A DNA stretch of 48,706 nucleotides, filler included, from Jimgerdemannia flammicorona (taxonomy: Eukaryota), in assembly GCA_003990765.1 (NCBI GenBank). It is 2 parts of 2 records of this genome, joined end to end, with 100 filler letters (N's around TTAATTAATTAA, not from the genome) between each part and the next. Parts side by side here need not be neighbours in the genome. Positions count along the whole stretch, not along the records: positions 1 to 24,305 come from RBNJ01000992.1; positions 24,406 to 48,706 come from RBNJ01000993.1. The stretch is one strand, 5' to 3'. The notes under the pieces are model-generated. The model searched no databases and was not told the origin of the DNA. It saw only the letters and a program-made list of their open reading frames with translations. The position numbers were made by a program, and so were the translations under genes. Within the stretch, counting starts at the first letter, position 1, and every line of letters starts with the position of its first letter. Below, piece after piece: positions 14,415-25,921 of the stretch.

Positions 14415-16173
14415 CTACTTTGAGGTGAATTTGGCGCGGGAGAGGTTAATCTGCTTGACGTTGATCTTTGTCTCGATAACGAACCGAATGCTCCCGACCG
14501 ACTCCTCCTCCTTCTTCGGCTCCGAGAGGATGCTAATCCCAGTATTAGTCTTCTTGACGACACCACGATTTGAGGAAATCACGCCAGAGTTGGCGGGCAA
14601 AGTCAGTGACCAGTTCTTCTTGATGGGCACCTTGCCAGCGACCACCCGGATTTCGAACGCCGAGGTATCCTTCTTGGTCAAGGTTAGCCCCGCGACCAGG
14701 ACTTTGTAATTGCCCATATCATTGACGCTGCCACCCACAGGGTTGCGAATAAATTGGTTCGTGTTGACGGTCGATGAATTATGCTGGCTGACCACCCGCA
14801 TTGCGACAGACGCGCTGCATTTACCATTAAAGCTGGCAGCGGGGTCGCAACCTGTACCACAATGGTCAGAGCTCGACCCGCAGTAGCCAAATTGCGAGCA
14901 GCATGGGCTACTGGACGGGCACACGGCGCCTTGGTTCGGGCAAGAGTGGGCCGCCGCGGTGCCGCTGACACAGATTACTTGGCCAATAGCGAGATTTGCG
15001 CAGTTAGAGTCGATCGAAGGATTCCACTGGACTAGCTGATTCCAAGGCGAAATTCCGAATTTAGTGGCAATTTTGGAACAGGTATCCCCACTTTGAACCG
15101 TGTACTTCGTGCAGCCTGTTGTAGGAGGAGGAGGAGAAGGCGTAGACGAACAGGAACCGAGGGCGTTCTTGAAATTTTGCAGGTAGTTGACGCCGTTCTC
15201 GGTGTTCGCATACGAGTATGCGTCATCCCAGGTGCCACCGCCGCCGAAGGACTGTGGCCATTGCTTTTGCTGTCACATTGCAGGGTTAAAGTCAACACGT
15301 TAGCGGTTGTGGGTAGGCATTGAAACTCAGAGGGATCAAATTAAAAACTCACAATCGCCGCGACATTGGTTCGCACTTCACTAAATTGCATGTAACCATG
15401 GCCAGCTGCGGCCGGGCTTCCTGGCAGACCATAGACAAGCTTGACATTGGGGTTTTTGGAGTTGAAATCATTCTGCTCAGATTGCCTCGCCCAAGAATCC
15501 CACCAGCCCCATCTATTCAGAGTGTCCGGTCCGTCGAAGCCAGGGTTGTTATAGAATTGAATAAATGCAATATCCATCCATGCGTTTTTGAGGAAGTCAG
15601 GTGTAACCTGTTATTTTTGAGAAATTGGCACTAGTTATTATCAGTGTCCGAGGTAGCTTTTCTATAAACTACTATATAACGCACCTGATACTGAGATTCG
15701 ATGGGTTCAGGCTGGGGCGCCGAAGAAATGAGATACTTCTTGCTTTGGTCAGTGGCGTAGAGTGCACGGAGCTTGGTAGTGAAATCGCCCCAGTATGGTG
15801 GATCGTGGTTCTCAATGTCCAAGTCAACGCCGTCAAACTTGACGCCAGCGCCGAAAGGGCGGTTGCCATTGCCACCCTAACCAAAGCCAAAACGTCTGTG
15901 AATATGGATATGGTCGGAATGACCATGAGGTCAACATTATGCGTGACTTACCAGATATGCGTCCCACATCTTCTGGGCGAAGTCCTGGGCATCTCCAGCC
16001 GAACTGAAGATGATGTCGCCGGTCTGACCGCCGATAGAAATCAGAACCGTTTTTCCAAGGCCCTGGCAATACTTAACATCGTTGCCAATAGCCCCACAAT
16101 CGCCAGTAACAGTGCAGGAGGCGCCACTTCTAATAAAAATGCCAAAGGTGTCAGAACGAGAGGTAAGATGCGG

Positions 16174-16204
<31 letters not shown>

Positions 16205-16557
16205 TTCTAATAGGAGCACAACCTCAGTCCATCAACTCACCCCTGGAAAATCGGTTGACCATTTGAATCTCTATGAGGAATAAAGGTCTGAATGAAGACA
16301 TCAGTGTAGGCGTTCTCGTTGTCGCAGAAAGACTTTAGATTCTGGCCATTGGGTGCACCGCTGTTGCCATGATATGCCAAACATTGTTGGTGCAGGCGGA
16401 CTGGAATGCAATGCGATTGCGGCGATTAATATTACACAATAACAGGCGTTAAATCAAACAAGGAGCAATTGCGCAGACTACTTACGTTCTAGCCGGTTTG
16501 GGCGAGCTCGAGGAGTGTAGCGGCCAAAGCGCCGAGGAAGAAAGCGGTTCTGGCCAT
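14415..16557 (-). pseudogene. Class III (group B-like) GH18 chitinase + LysM + hevein/CBM18 + C-terminal beta-rich domain; 5' end disrupted
   Basis: Exons 16557-16486, 16400-16241, 16129-15952, 15876-15685, 15607-15353 and 15269-14415. Signal peptide MARTAFFLGALAATLL; KTVLISIGG; RPFG; catalytic FDGVDLDIE; IQFYNN; LysM CTKYTVQSGDTCSKIA...WNPSIDSNCANLAIGQVICVS; hevein CPSSSPCCSQFGYCGSSSDHCGTGC. In-frame TAG at 16491-16489 and exon 2 is one nt short. Confidence 0.85.
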
Positions 16558-16908
16558 AGGTTGCAAGGAGGAGATTCTTTGAGTAGGAAGTGAGGACCCA
16601 AAAGATGGTCTGATCCACCAGCTTTATACATGAAAACGACAGTCTTGTAATATCCGAGCAAAGGAGAATGATGCCTCTGTGTCCAGCCGAGATTGCAATT
16701 GATTTACAGGATGTATCGTCTGTCTCTTGATCGGTTGGTGTCTACAGCCGCACATGAATCTCAGCCGCACAAGCTAGCTTGAAATTAAATTGTCATTCAA
16801 GCCTAAACCAATTCTCAGGTAGATGAGGCTTCGTTACATGCAACATCTGCGGCTATATTAAAATTTTGGTCGTTTGCAATTTTTCGAGACGTTAAAAATT
16901 AGAAAATC

Positions 16909-17853
16909 AGAATGTATGCGATTGAGGCGTGCCTAACAGTTCACAGTTGAATAATTATGAACAAGATCCCTCACAGTATAACACTGATTCAAATTCCGAG
17001 AAAATATCTATATTAGGAAACTCAAGCGGGACTTGTATACAAATGTTCTCGACAAAGGCCAAAGTTAATAAGCATCGGAGAACTAGCCGTGAACGCCGAT
17101 TCATACATTTTGTGGACAGGAGAATTAGCCCGTGCGCGCCGATCCATACGCATCCGAACAAAAAAAGGCAGCAAGACTCTTCAGCAATGTCATTTATTGG
17201 AGGAATCTTTAAAGTTAGAGAACAACTATCACCATGTAATTATAATTTCAGAGTATGCACACACACGGCCCTTGAGAGCGGTGGCTGTGCCTCTGTAACC
17301 AGATATAAGAATGAACGCAGATTATTAAGAGACTATTACGTTTTTGGTGTGGGGGGAAGCACTGTGGGGTAATAGTAACACAGAATGGAATCAAAAAACT
17401 CAGTCACAATAGTAAGACTCATCGAGCGAGCAGCCGACGTGAGCGGGTATGATGGTGGCCTCGGTAATCCGCCGTAGAATGTGTGCGAATGAGGCGTGCC
17501 TAACAGTTCACAGTTGAATAATTATGTACAAGATCCCTCGCAATATGACGATTTAAATTCCAAGAAAATATCTATATTAGGAAACTCAAGTGGACTAGTA
17601 ATTATATATACATTCGGAGAATTAGCCTTGAACGCCGACTCATACATTTTGTGGACAGGAGAACTAGCCCGTGCGCGCCGATCCATACACGTCCGAACAA
17701 AAAAGGCAGCAAGACTCTTCAGCAATGTCATTTATTGGAGGAATCTTTAAAGTTAGAAACCAACTATTGCCATGTAATTATGATTTCAGAATATGCACTA
17801 TTACGTTTTTGGTGTGCGGGGGAGCGGGGGGCCACTGTGGGGGGTAATAGTAA
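16909..17853. repeat. Direct duplication, period 567 bp (copies ~16909-17378 and ~17476-17853)
   Basis: Both copies start AGAATGT(A/G)TGCGA(T/A)TGAGGCGTGCCTAACAGTTCACAGTTGAATAATTATG and end GGGGTAATAGTAA, with internal indels; CpGs are retained. Confidence 0.9.
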
Positions 17854-17869
17854 TGAAAAACTCAACCCA

Positions 17870-19910
17870 CTACTGTCTCTATCTAGGATCACTGTTTATC
17901 ACATGTATTTTCTAACTTAATCTTCACCAGCTTTCTTGAGTATCTTCTTGTATTGTATTGCCAAGAAGGTAGTAATCTGGGTCTTGCTTGCAGGCTTGTC
18001 TGACTAAATGGTAATGTTAGCTCTATCTTAAAGTAAGATAACTTTGTTCTTACATCAATCAATCAATCTATAGATTTTAATATATTAGCTAGGGTTTTTC
18101 TAAGATCAGATTATGATCTCCTAGTGATGTGATCTTGAAGTTTACTTATTCAGTATTTCTGAATCTTGATGGAAGGTTTGGCAGCAATTGACTCAATAGA
18201 ATATAGTATACTATCAGTAGTAACTACTCTATTATTCTTGAATATAAGTTTGATAAGAATCTTAAGATTTTTGATAAGATTCTGATTGATAAAGTTTTTA
18301 GCTACTCTTTTATCTAATCTTTTTCTTAACCAAACCTTTGAAAATAAGTATAGCTTGAGCTCAGTTTTTTAATAAATTTGCTACTTAATCTAGAAAGTTC
18401 TAGTAGGCCTAAAGTAGCTTAAAGAGATACTTATAGGTTTAAGTAGTCTTGAAAAAAATAAGCTAAGTTTTATTTAAGTAGAAAAAGAAGATATTCATAC
18501 AAGATCTGAAAAAAAGATCTAGAAGAATTTTGGAAATAAAGAGAACCCCCAAGAAAACAGTTTTTAACAAAAATAACTAATAGAATTTTACAATATTTTA
18601 AAAGATTCTATAACTAGCTAAGACAAGATACTTAGTGCTAAAAAAAAGACAAGAATATTCTAGTAAAGTTTGGGTATTAAGAGAGGATTTTTAAGCATTT
18701 GAAAAGTGCTAGAACATTGTAAAATATTTAAGAAAAAATAAGAAAAAACTAGAAAAAAGATGCAAAAACATATATACTATAACTAAGATATAATTAAGAA
18801 ATTATTATATCTCTCTTTTCTTAAGAATAAACATTCTCATTAAATTCTAAAATTATATAAAAATAGTTATACTTAACCAAATTTCTTAAACTTATATAAA
18901 CACTATTATGAAGTGTTGACCACTTCATATAAGATATGTAAAAGCTAAAAACTTAGTAGTTAAAAATTCAAACTACTCAGGAAAAACTTTTTATTATTCT
19001 GAGTAAGTTTACTAGTAATAGCTATATTTATATATGAAAGTATATCAAGCTAGTAAGTAGAGACAGAAATATATATTTTGCCTCAAAGTCTTAAATGAGA
19101 TCTTATATATTCTTGAGATTAACTAGTAGTTTTCAAATAATATTATAATCAGAATAGTCTATCTATTTGATCAGATATTCAGATCAATAGTAGCAGATTC
19201 TTTTGTCTAAGATTTTCTTAATCTCATACTCAATATAGTCTTTAATGATTATAGAGATAGAAGACTTGAGAATTTGACTAGAGTAAGATAGTAATTGGTT
19301 TCAGATCTTAAGGTGAGATATACATATAAAAGACTGAGTATATCTATATAATTTTAGATAGCTTGAGATAATAGGAGAATATAGAGCTGTTCTGTAATCT
19401 CAAAGGATCTAATAAACTTAGATTAAAACTTATTTGATAAATAGTTGACTTAAGATTATATCTTGAGATTCTCAGTAGACAATAAGACTTAATCATTAAT
19501 AGTATAGATAATATCATAGTATTTCTTATTAGCATATATACTTTGCTTGATATTATTGGGTCTTTTAAAGATTTATAGTAATAATTTTAAGTATTTTTTT
19601 TTTTTTTTTTTTTTTTTTTAACAGACTCAAAGTCCTGATTTTGAGTATTTTATCTATCTTATTTATAAGGTTCTTAGTAGTAGAGACTTGTATTTGACTG
19701 CTTTTCTAAAAGAAGACTAACTTGTAAAATCTCAAGATCTTGACTATAAAGTAGCCAAAAAGAGAAAAGACTAGTAGATAATTAGACTATATATTATTAT
19801 ATATAGATTAAATAGTGGTCTCAATTATCCTACTTATAAGAAATAGAGTTTTTAAGTATCCATAACAATTTCTTAGTTATATCTTAGTTATAGTATATTT
19901 TTATATCTTT
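17870..19910. mobile_element. Extremely AT-rich decayed repeat relic, family unidentifiable
   Basis: No CpG found in ~2 kb; TAG/CTA/TAA-rich; no intact ORF. Confidence 0.5.
19594..19635 (-). mobile_element. Micro retro-insertion (16-nt 3' end + A26) with TSD
   Basis: T-run 19594-19619 then AACAGACTCAAAGTCC, flanked by TAATTTTAAGTA (19582-19593) and TGATTTTGAGTA (19636-19647), which differ only by G>A. Confidence 0.6.
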
Positions 19911-19912
19911 TC

Positions 19913-22224
19913 TCTTGGATATAGGCAGGGAGTGCTGGAGGAATAAGAGGGTATATATATATTGGACAGGGGGCTTGAGGATGAGAATTGATTGGATTCT
20001 GATGGCCAGTTGCTGGGGCTTGGATGTTTGGAAGTCACTGGAGGTAGAATGGTATCCTTGGTTAAATTATTGGGGGCTTTTAGGACAGAGGCATTTTGGA
20101 GAGAGTGGGGATGGGCCTAGACATTAGTGCCTCAATTTCTCCTTATTAGATGATAAGATCTGGTAGGATGAGTGGGCTGCAGACATTCAACTGAGGGTAG
20201 AGTATTGGAGACAAGAAGGTGCCCCAGTTGGTGTTTGGTAGATATGGATGAAAGAGATGGCCAAGACCTACTGGAGTGAGGCTAGCAAGGAGGCTGGAAA
20301 ACAGAGGAGGCAATAGATGAGATAGGCTTCTAGTAGACTATCTAGACTCTTAGAGGATTGGGCAAGACTGGTAACATTAGAGGGAGAGGAGAATTGGAGA
20401 TCAATGAGGGCAAAAAGGGAGGTTGGCAAACTACAACAGATATTGTGAGAGGAGGAAGAGGTAAAGGTGCAGAGCTTGGCAGCATGGCTCCATTGGCAGG
20501 GTTTAGAAGAAGGGGAGAGACTCTCAAAGTATCTCATAAGAGCCCTTCAGGTGAGAAGGGTGCAGCAAAGGTAAGAGGGGGTGCTTGACTCTGATGGTAT
20601 ACTGGTACATAGTATACAAGATATTCTTGGATCTTTAAAGAAGCATTGAAGTGGATTGTGGAGTGAGAAGGAGAGTGGGGTAGATGCTGATGCTATTGAC
20701 CAAGCATTAGAGGATTGGTACCCCCTATAAGTAGATAGGTTGGGAGACTTGATATTGTCAGTACAGGAAGAGAAGATCTACCAGATTCTTGCCATAACAA
20801 TGCTGGATATAGTGTCTGGAGAGGATGGTTTGCCCTGGGACTTCTGAGAGAAGATGGTGGGGATCCCAGAAGTACTGGGTGAGATGACAACATTGTGTGA
20901 TTTGATTCTACAGACAGGGAGATGGGTGGGGAAATAAGATCTGAGGTTGGTGACATTACTTTACAAGAACAAAAGAAGGTGAGAAAACTGGAAGAACTGG
21001 AGGCTGATTATGCTGCTGGATATGGACAGAAAGTTGGTTACTAAGGTAGTGGTTGTGAGACTACAAAAGGTGGCCCAGTAAGTCTTGGGTGTTGAGTAGA
21101 GGGGCTTTATAGGAGGCCAGCTTATCAGTGATGACACAGCCTGGGTATATGGAGTTATTGAAGAGGTACAAGCTAGTAGATTGGATGGATGCCTGGTCTT
21201 TTTGGACCAGAAGAAGGCTTATAATTGGGTGAGGTGAGTCTGGCTGGCAAAAGTATTAAATAGGACTGGAGTTCCATACCAGTTCAGGTCAGCAATGGTC
21301 AGCCTACTGGAAGAGAGTAGGGCTGCACTCATGTGTAATAGATATAGAGGGGTAGCATTTCCCTCTGGATAGGGGGGTACTCCAGGGAGACCCACTGTCC
21401 CCCATTCTGTATGTCCTTTTCCTGAAACCCCTAATAGATAGAATTAGGCAGAAGATAGTAGGGCTCTCTATCTTTGGCATTGGGTGGAAAGTAGGGGTCT
21501 TTGTAAATGACATGGTAGTTGGACTGAGATCTATTGCTGATGTGGAGGAGCTTAAGAAGACAGTGGAGTGGTATGAGGAGAACTCTGGGGCTAAACTTAA
21601 TTGGCATAAGTGTGAAACAATGGTGCTAGGCAATGGTCTGGTAGGAGGAGAGGTTATTGGAACAATTGTCCCTACTGGTGAGGCAGTATAGTACTTGGAT
21701 ATCTATCTGTCAGTGTATGGGTCAGTTCTACCCAGGCTTTGGTGGGAGCAGCAAGTTGGAATCTGGGAAGAGGCCCTGCAGAGTTGGGGGGGGTTGCCAA
21801 TTATCTCTGTCTCGATTTTGAACATCTACTGGCTGCTGAAGTTATGATATCTGACTTATCATCTAGACTTCTCAGCCTGGGTAGTGAAGAGATTGATGAA
21901 GCTAGCCAAGGGGTGGATCTGGGCTGAAAGAAGGAGTCAGATCAGCTGGAAGGTCTTGTCCTTACTAGTGGTGAGTGGTGAACTTGGGCTGGTTGACTTT
22001 CCAAAAGAGGCTATACTGCTTGAGAGCATGGTGGCTGAAGAGAGCTATGGAGTTGAGAGGGGGAGATTGGGTTCCTCTATTGCAGAAGGTCTGAGAGATG
22101 AGGTCCTCACCAAGAGGCTTGACTGGAGATCTTCTATCTTTGGTTGGCCTTCAAAATACTGAACAATTGTGATACAAAGGCTTCTGGTGGGGGGGTGGCA
22201 GAGGGGGTACACTATATTGGAATT

Positions 22225-22294
<70 letters not shown>

Positions 22295-24305
22295 GAACTC
22301 ATAGTCTTATGGATTTTTATTGGAAGAGAACCTAGACTATATAGGCCAAAACCCGCCCCCACTATCCACCAAACAATATTCCCCTATTAACCTAAGCTAC
22401 TAAATTGTTCAGCAGTCCCACTGCTCCAACTATACCTGTCAAATACTGACTATATTGACCCCAATAATATAGACTAGACTTGTCTGCTCACTAGGGCTGG
22501 ATCATCATTTACACATGAGAGCACACCTATATGTTGGATCTAGCAGCACCAGGACTGAATAAAGAATAGCCCCCCGAACCCCCAAAAAAAGCCTGAGGTA
22601 AAGAAAAAACCCCCCAATCAACCAATAGAGAGCAAAGTAGATTTAAAGCAGATGAGTAAAGGACTTATACATAGCACCTTTCTCAAAGGACTTATACATA
22701 GGCTAGGGCCTGAAAAGATCCCACTTCCACTCCCTGAGCCTGCAGGCCTCGATCATGTTGCCATATCAGCTCTTGATTTCAGTCAGATACTGCCAAATGA
22801 GGAAGGTCCCACTCCCCAAGCCTGCAGGCCTCAATTGTGTTGCCATGTCAGCTCCTGGTTCCAGTTGGGTACAGTCAGGATGCTGGCCCCTGCACCACCC
22901 CACCCCCCACCAGCCAATCGAAAGGCCCTACTGAAATATTGTCCACCCCAGCCCTGATGACTGCCCCCAGTCTGGCACCCCACTAGTTCACCATTATCGC
23001 CCATCCTCCTATCTGTGATAGCCATCTCCCCTCCCATCCTGACAATACCTGAAAAGCAGTTACATATGCCAGAACCACACTTGCCAGGAAGCTCGCCAAA
23101 GCCAGAGGGCCCCACCACAGGCACTGAGGACCTACAGATAACCTACACTGAGCACTTGATGCCCAAGGTTGGCTGACTCTCTATGTAACCTGTGACGCAC
23201 TGAGGCTGTACCTTGTTGACAATAGCAAAAGGAAGAAGGCACCACACCAAAACCGATACACTCCAGATGTAGCCAAAGGTACCAGAAACTACAAAAAAGT
23301 GGAGAAGATACTGATCAGATACTAATAAAGGGGCAACTCATCACTATTGCCCTTCTCTCACTATGCCCATATAGGCACAGCAAACCAACCCAAGGTAGAG
23401 GGGGTACTGTATTGGAATTCATTGGTAGAGAAATGAAGGAGAGGTGGCTTGGGACCTGGCAATATAGAGATGAGACTGAGTATTGCTGGGTAGTATTCCC
23501 TTACTCGAGTTTGACATTAGTAATGGGATAGAATACCAAAGGAGACCAGGTCAGGATCTGTGGCCCAGTGGTTGGTAAGGAGTAGGAATTGGCAAAGAGT
23601 GAGACTAGCATGGTATTTGGGCCTGGAGTGCTGAGGTGAGAAGATGGATACCACTGAAGTACTGAGTGACTTGATGGTATATATTGAGGAGAAATGTAAT
23701 GCTCAACTACCACTCAGGTCACCTTATCAAGAGAGATTGCTTTGACTGTGAGGAGTGCCATAATGTAGGACAGAAAGGAGGATATATGCAGATGCCTGAA
23801 CATTGGCTAAGAGAGTACAAGATACTTAGTGACTTTTGGCAGACTGTTGGAGATCATTTGGGGGTAGGGTGCAGAAGAGTTGGCATGCAGGGGCAGTGGG
23901 AGGATTTGAGGAATAGACTAGTGGGGGGGTGGGAAAGGAATGGCTCACATTAGGCTAGGCTCTGGCTATTTGGGTGGGGTTGGCCAGCCACTGGCTATTT
24001 GTTTTTGAGAATGAGAGGAGACTGGGCTTAGGGACCTTGCTGCAGTAGCATAGCCTTATGGAAGACACCTTAACAGGCTGGTGGCTTGGTTGGAGGTTGC
24101 AGGGTGGTCAGAGGTATCGATTGGTAGAGAAAATCTATAGGCAGAGTGGGGAAAGGGTTGGAGTAGTGGGTAAGAAGATAGTCTTTGATTGAGAGAGAGT
24201 AGAGAGAGACTCTCCTATGGGGATTAGGTAGTGGGAGGAAATACTGTAAACTTATTAATAGACTGGTAATAAATGGTAGAGTCTAAGTGATTATAAATAA
24301 AAAAA
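19913..24305 (+). mobile_element. 5'-truncated, degenerate L1/Tx1-like LINE (ORF2: end of APE, RT, CCHC), copy A
   Basis: MRIDWIL (APE), NWRLIMLLDMDRKLVTK, FLDQKKAY, QGDPLSPILY, VNDMV (decayed ADD), C-terminal CEEC...PEHWLREYK; 3' end AATAAA...TCTAAGTGATTATAAATAAAAAAA runs into the gap. Confidence 0.88.
22227..23393 (-). mobile_element. ~1.1-kb poly(A)-tailed retroposed element without a recognisable ORF (SINE-like or LINE 3' UTR), inserted in LINE A
   Basis: T65 at 22227-22291; AATAAA about 20 nt before the tail on the minus strand; TSD GG(C/T)AGAGGGGGTAC(AC)T(A/G)TATTGGAATTCA at 22197-22226 and 23394-23421; LINE A ORF2 resumes after 23421. Confidence 0.8.
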
Positions 24306-24405
24306 NNNNNNNNNNNNNNNNNNNNNNNNNNNNNNNNNNNNNNNNNNNNTTAATTAATTAANNNNNNNNNNNNNNNNNNNNNNNNNNNNNNNNNNNNNNN
24401 NNNNN
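24306..24405. other. Artificial scaffold spacer: N44-TTAATTAATTAA-N44
   Basis: Exactly 100 bp; TTAATTAATTAA (24350-24361) places stops in all six frames, a known pseudomolecule linker. Contiguity across it is not guaranteed. Confidence 0.95.
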
Positions 24406-25921
24406 AAAAAAAAAAAAAAAAAAAAGAGATTGAAAGTTTTCCATTTATAGGACCCAAGGAGATATCCTCATATTTGTCAACTATACTTTCATCAGAAACA
24501 AGTATTTAAGAATAGAAAATAGAAAAATATTAGTCTAGATTTCTCCAAGTATCAATATAATGAGCAGGGCCACCAAGTTGGATTTTCATTGGAATATAGT
24601 ATTAAAAGGTATTTTACAAATAAGATATCAGATAGTATCTAACAATTAGGCAGAGATGATCAAAGGAAAAGGTGATTAACTTTGTGATACATATTCATAA
24701 TATCTAATAGTAACATTTGTTGAAATTTCAATTAACATTTCAATTTAACTCATAGCCTAAAATTATGGTAGAGATAGAGAGAGAAGATAAAATAGAAGAA
24801 GTGAGAACAATACAACTAATTATAGTAGATAATAAGATAATGAAATTTAAATATATATGTTACAATTAATTATATTTCTTAGGTATTAATATTTTATTAA
24901 ATATTTAGCCTTTCTAGATATATACCTCCTTTACACTAATCTCTGATGAAAAGGATTATATTATAGCTCTGGTTAAAAAAACAAATCTATTCTGCATACC
25001 TGATTTTGTAAAATTTACAGAGATATATCCTGATAAGAAATCTTTACAGAAAGTATTTCCTAGTCAATACAATTCCAATATATCTTCAAAATGATTCAAA
25101 TAAATTCAAAAAATCCACATTATATATAGATCTGTTATTCTACTAGAAGGTCATTGGTGGTATTGACTACTTGCATTTACTAGATAAACAACTATTATAT
25201 TGCAGCCCAAAATATATACTCTTCATAAAAATCATGAGAGCTGGTATGACCTAGTACTTTTAATAGTCAAAGCTTCTATAAAGATCATTCACACCACAGT
25301 GGTACAATATCCAGATAGGATATCACTTATTCATGAGTATCCTTTGGCCATTGGTATAACAGCACTTATATATCTAACTGGTCTACTAAGCAGTTAAGTT
25401 GTAGCTATTGTTAGGTAGCTTGGATGGCTACCTGGCCTCCATATTCAGTGATCCATAACAGATCCATAGCTTATTCTAGGCAAAATGAAGTGCAAATTAT
25501 TACTACCATAGGTAATATCATACACTTTTGTGATTTTGTCCAATAATATAAAGCTAATTTAAATATAATAGTACAAGGTGTCACATTTGATACATCATTT
25601 TATAGGTGTCTTAAATGAGTATACAGAGGCTATACCAGATGTAGCATCTGGTGTATCAATTGGGCTATAGATAACTATAACCAGTGTATTTCTTTTGGAC
25701 AGACTCCACTATATTTACTGATGGATAACTCTAATCAGAGGAGAGCATATCAATACTACAAACAGCACCCACATGATATACTATATAAAATTGATAAATA
25801 TACATTCACATAAGGCATATATATCTATAGATTATAACATATATCTGATTTACTATTACTAACATATGGGGAATATTTTGAGTACTTCAAACAATTTGTG
25901 ACCCAACATCAGATTGGAGAG

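Noticed and set aside
22045..22390. Poly-Lys and poly-Phe ORFs
   Set aside because: Translations of the retroposon poly(A) tail.
24350..24361. TTAATTAATTAA palindrome inside Ns
   Set aside because: Artificial six-frame-stop scaffold linker, not biological.
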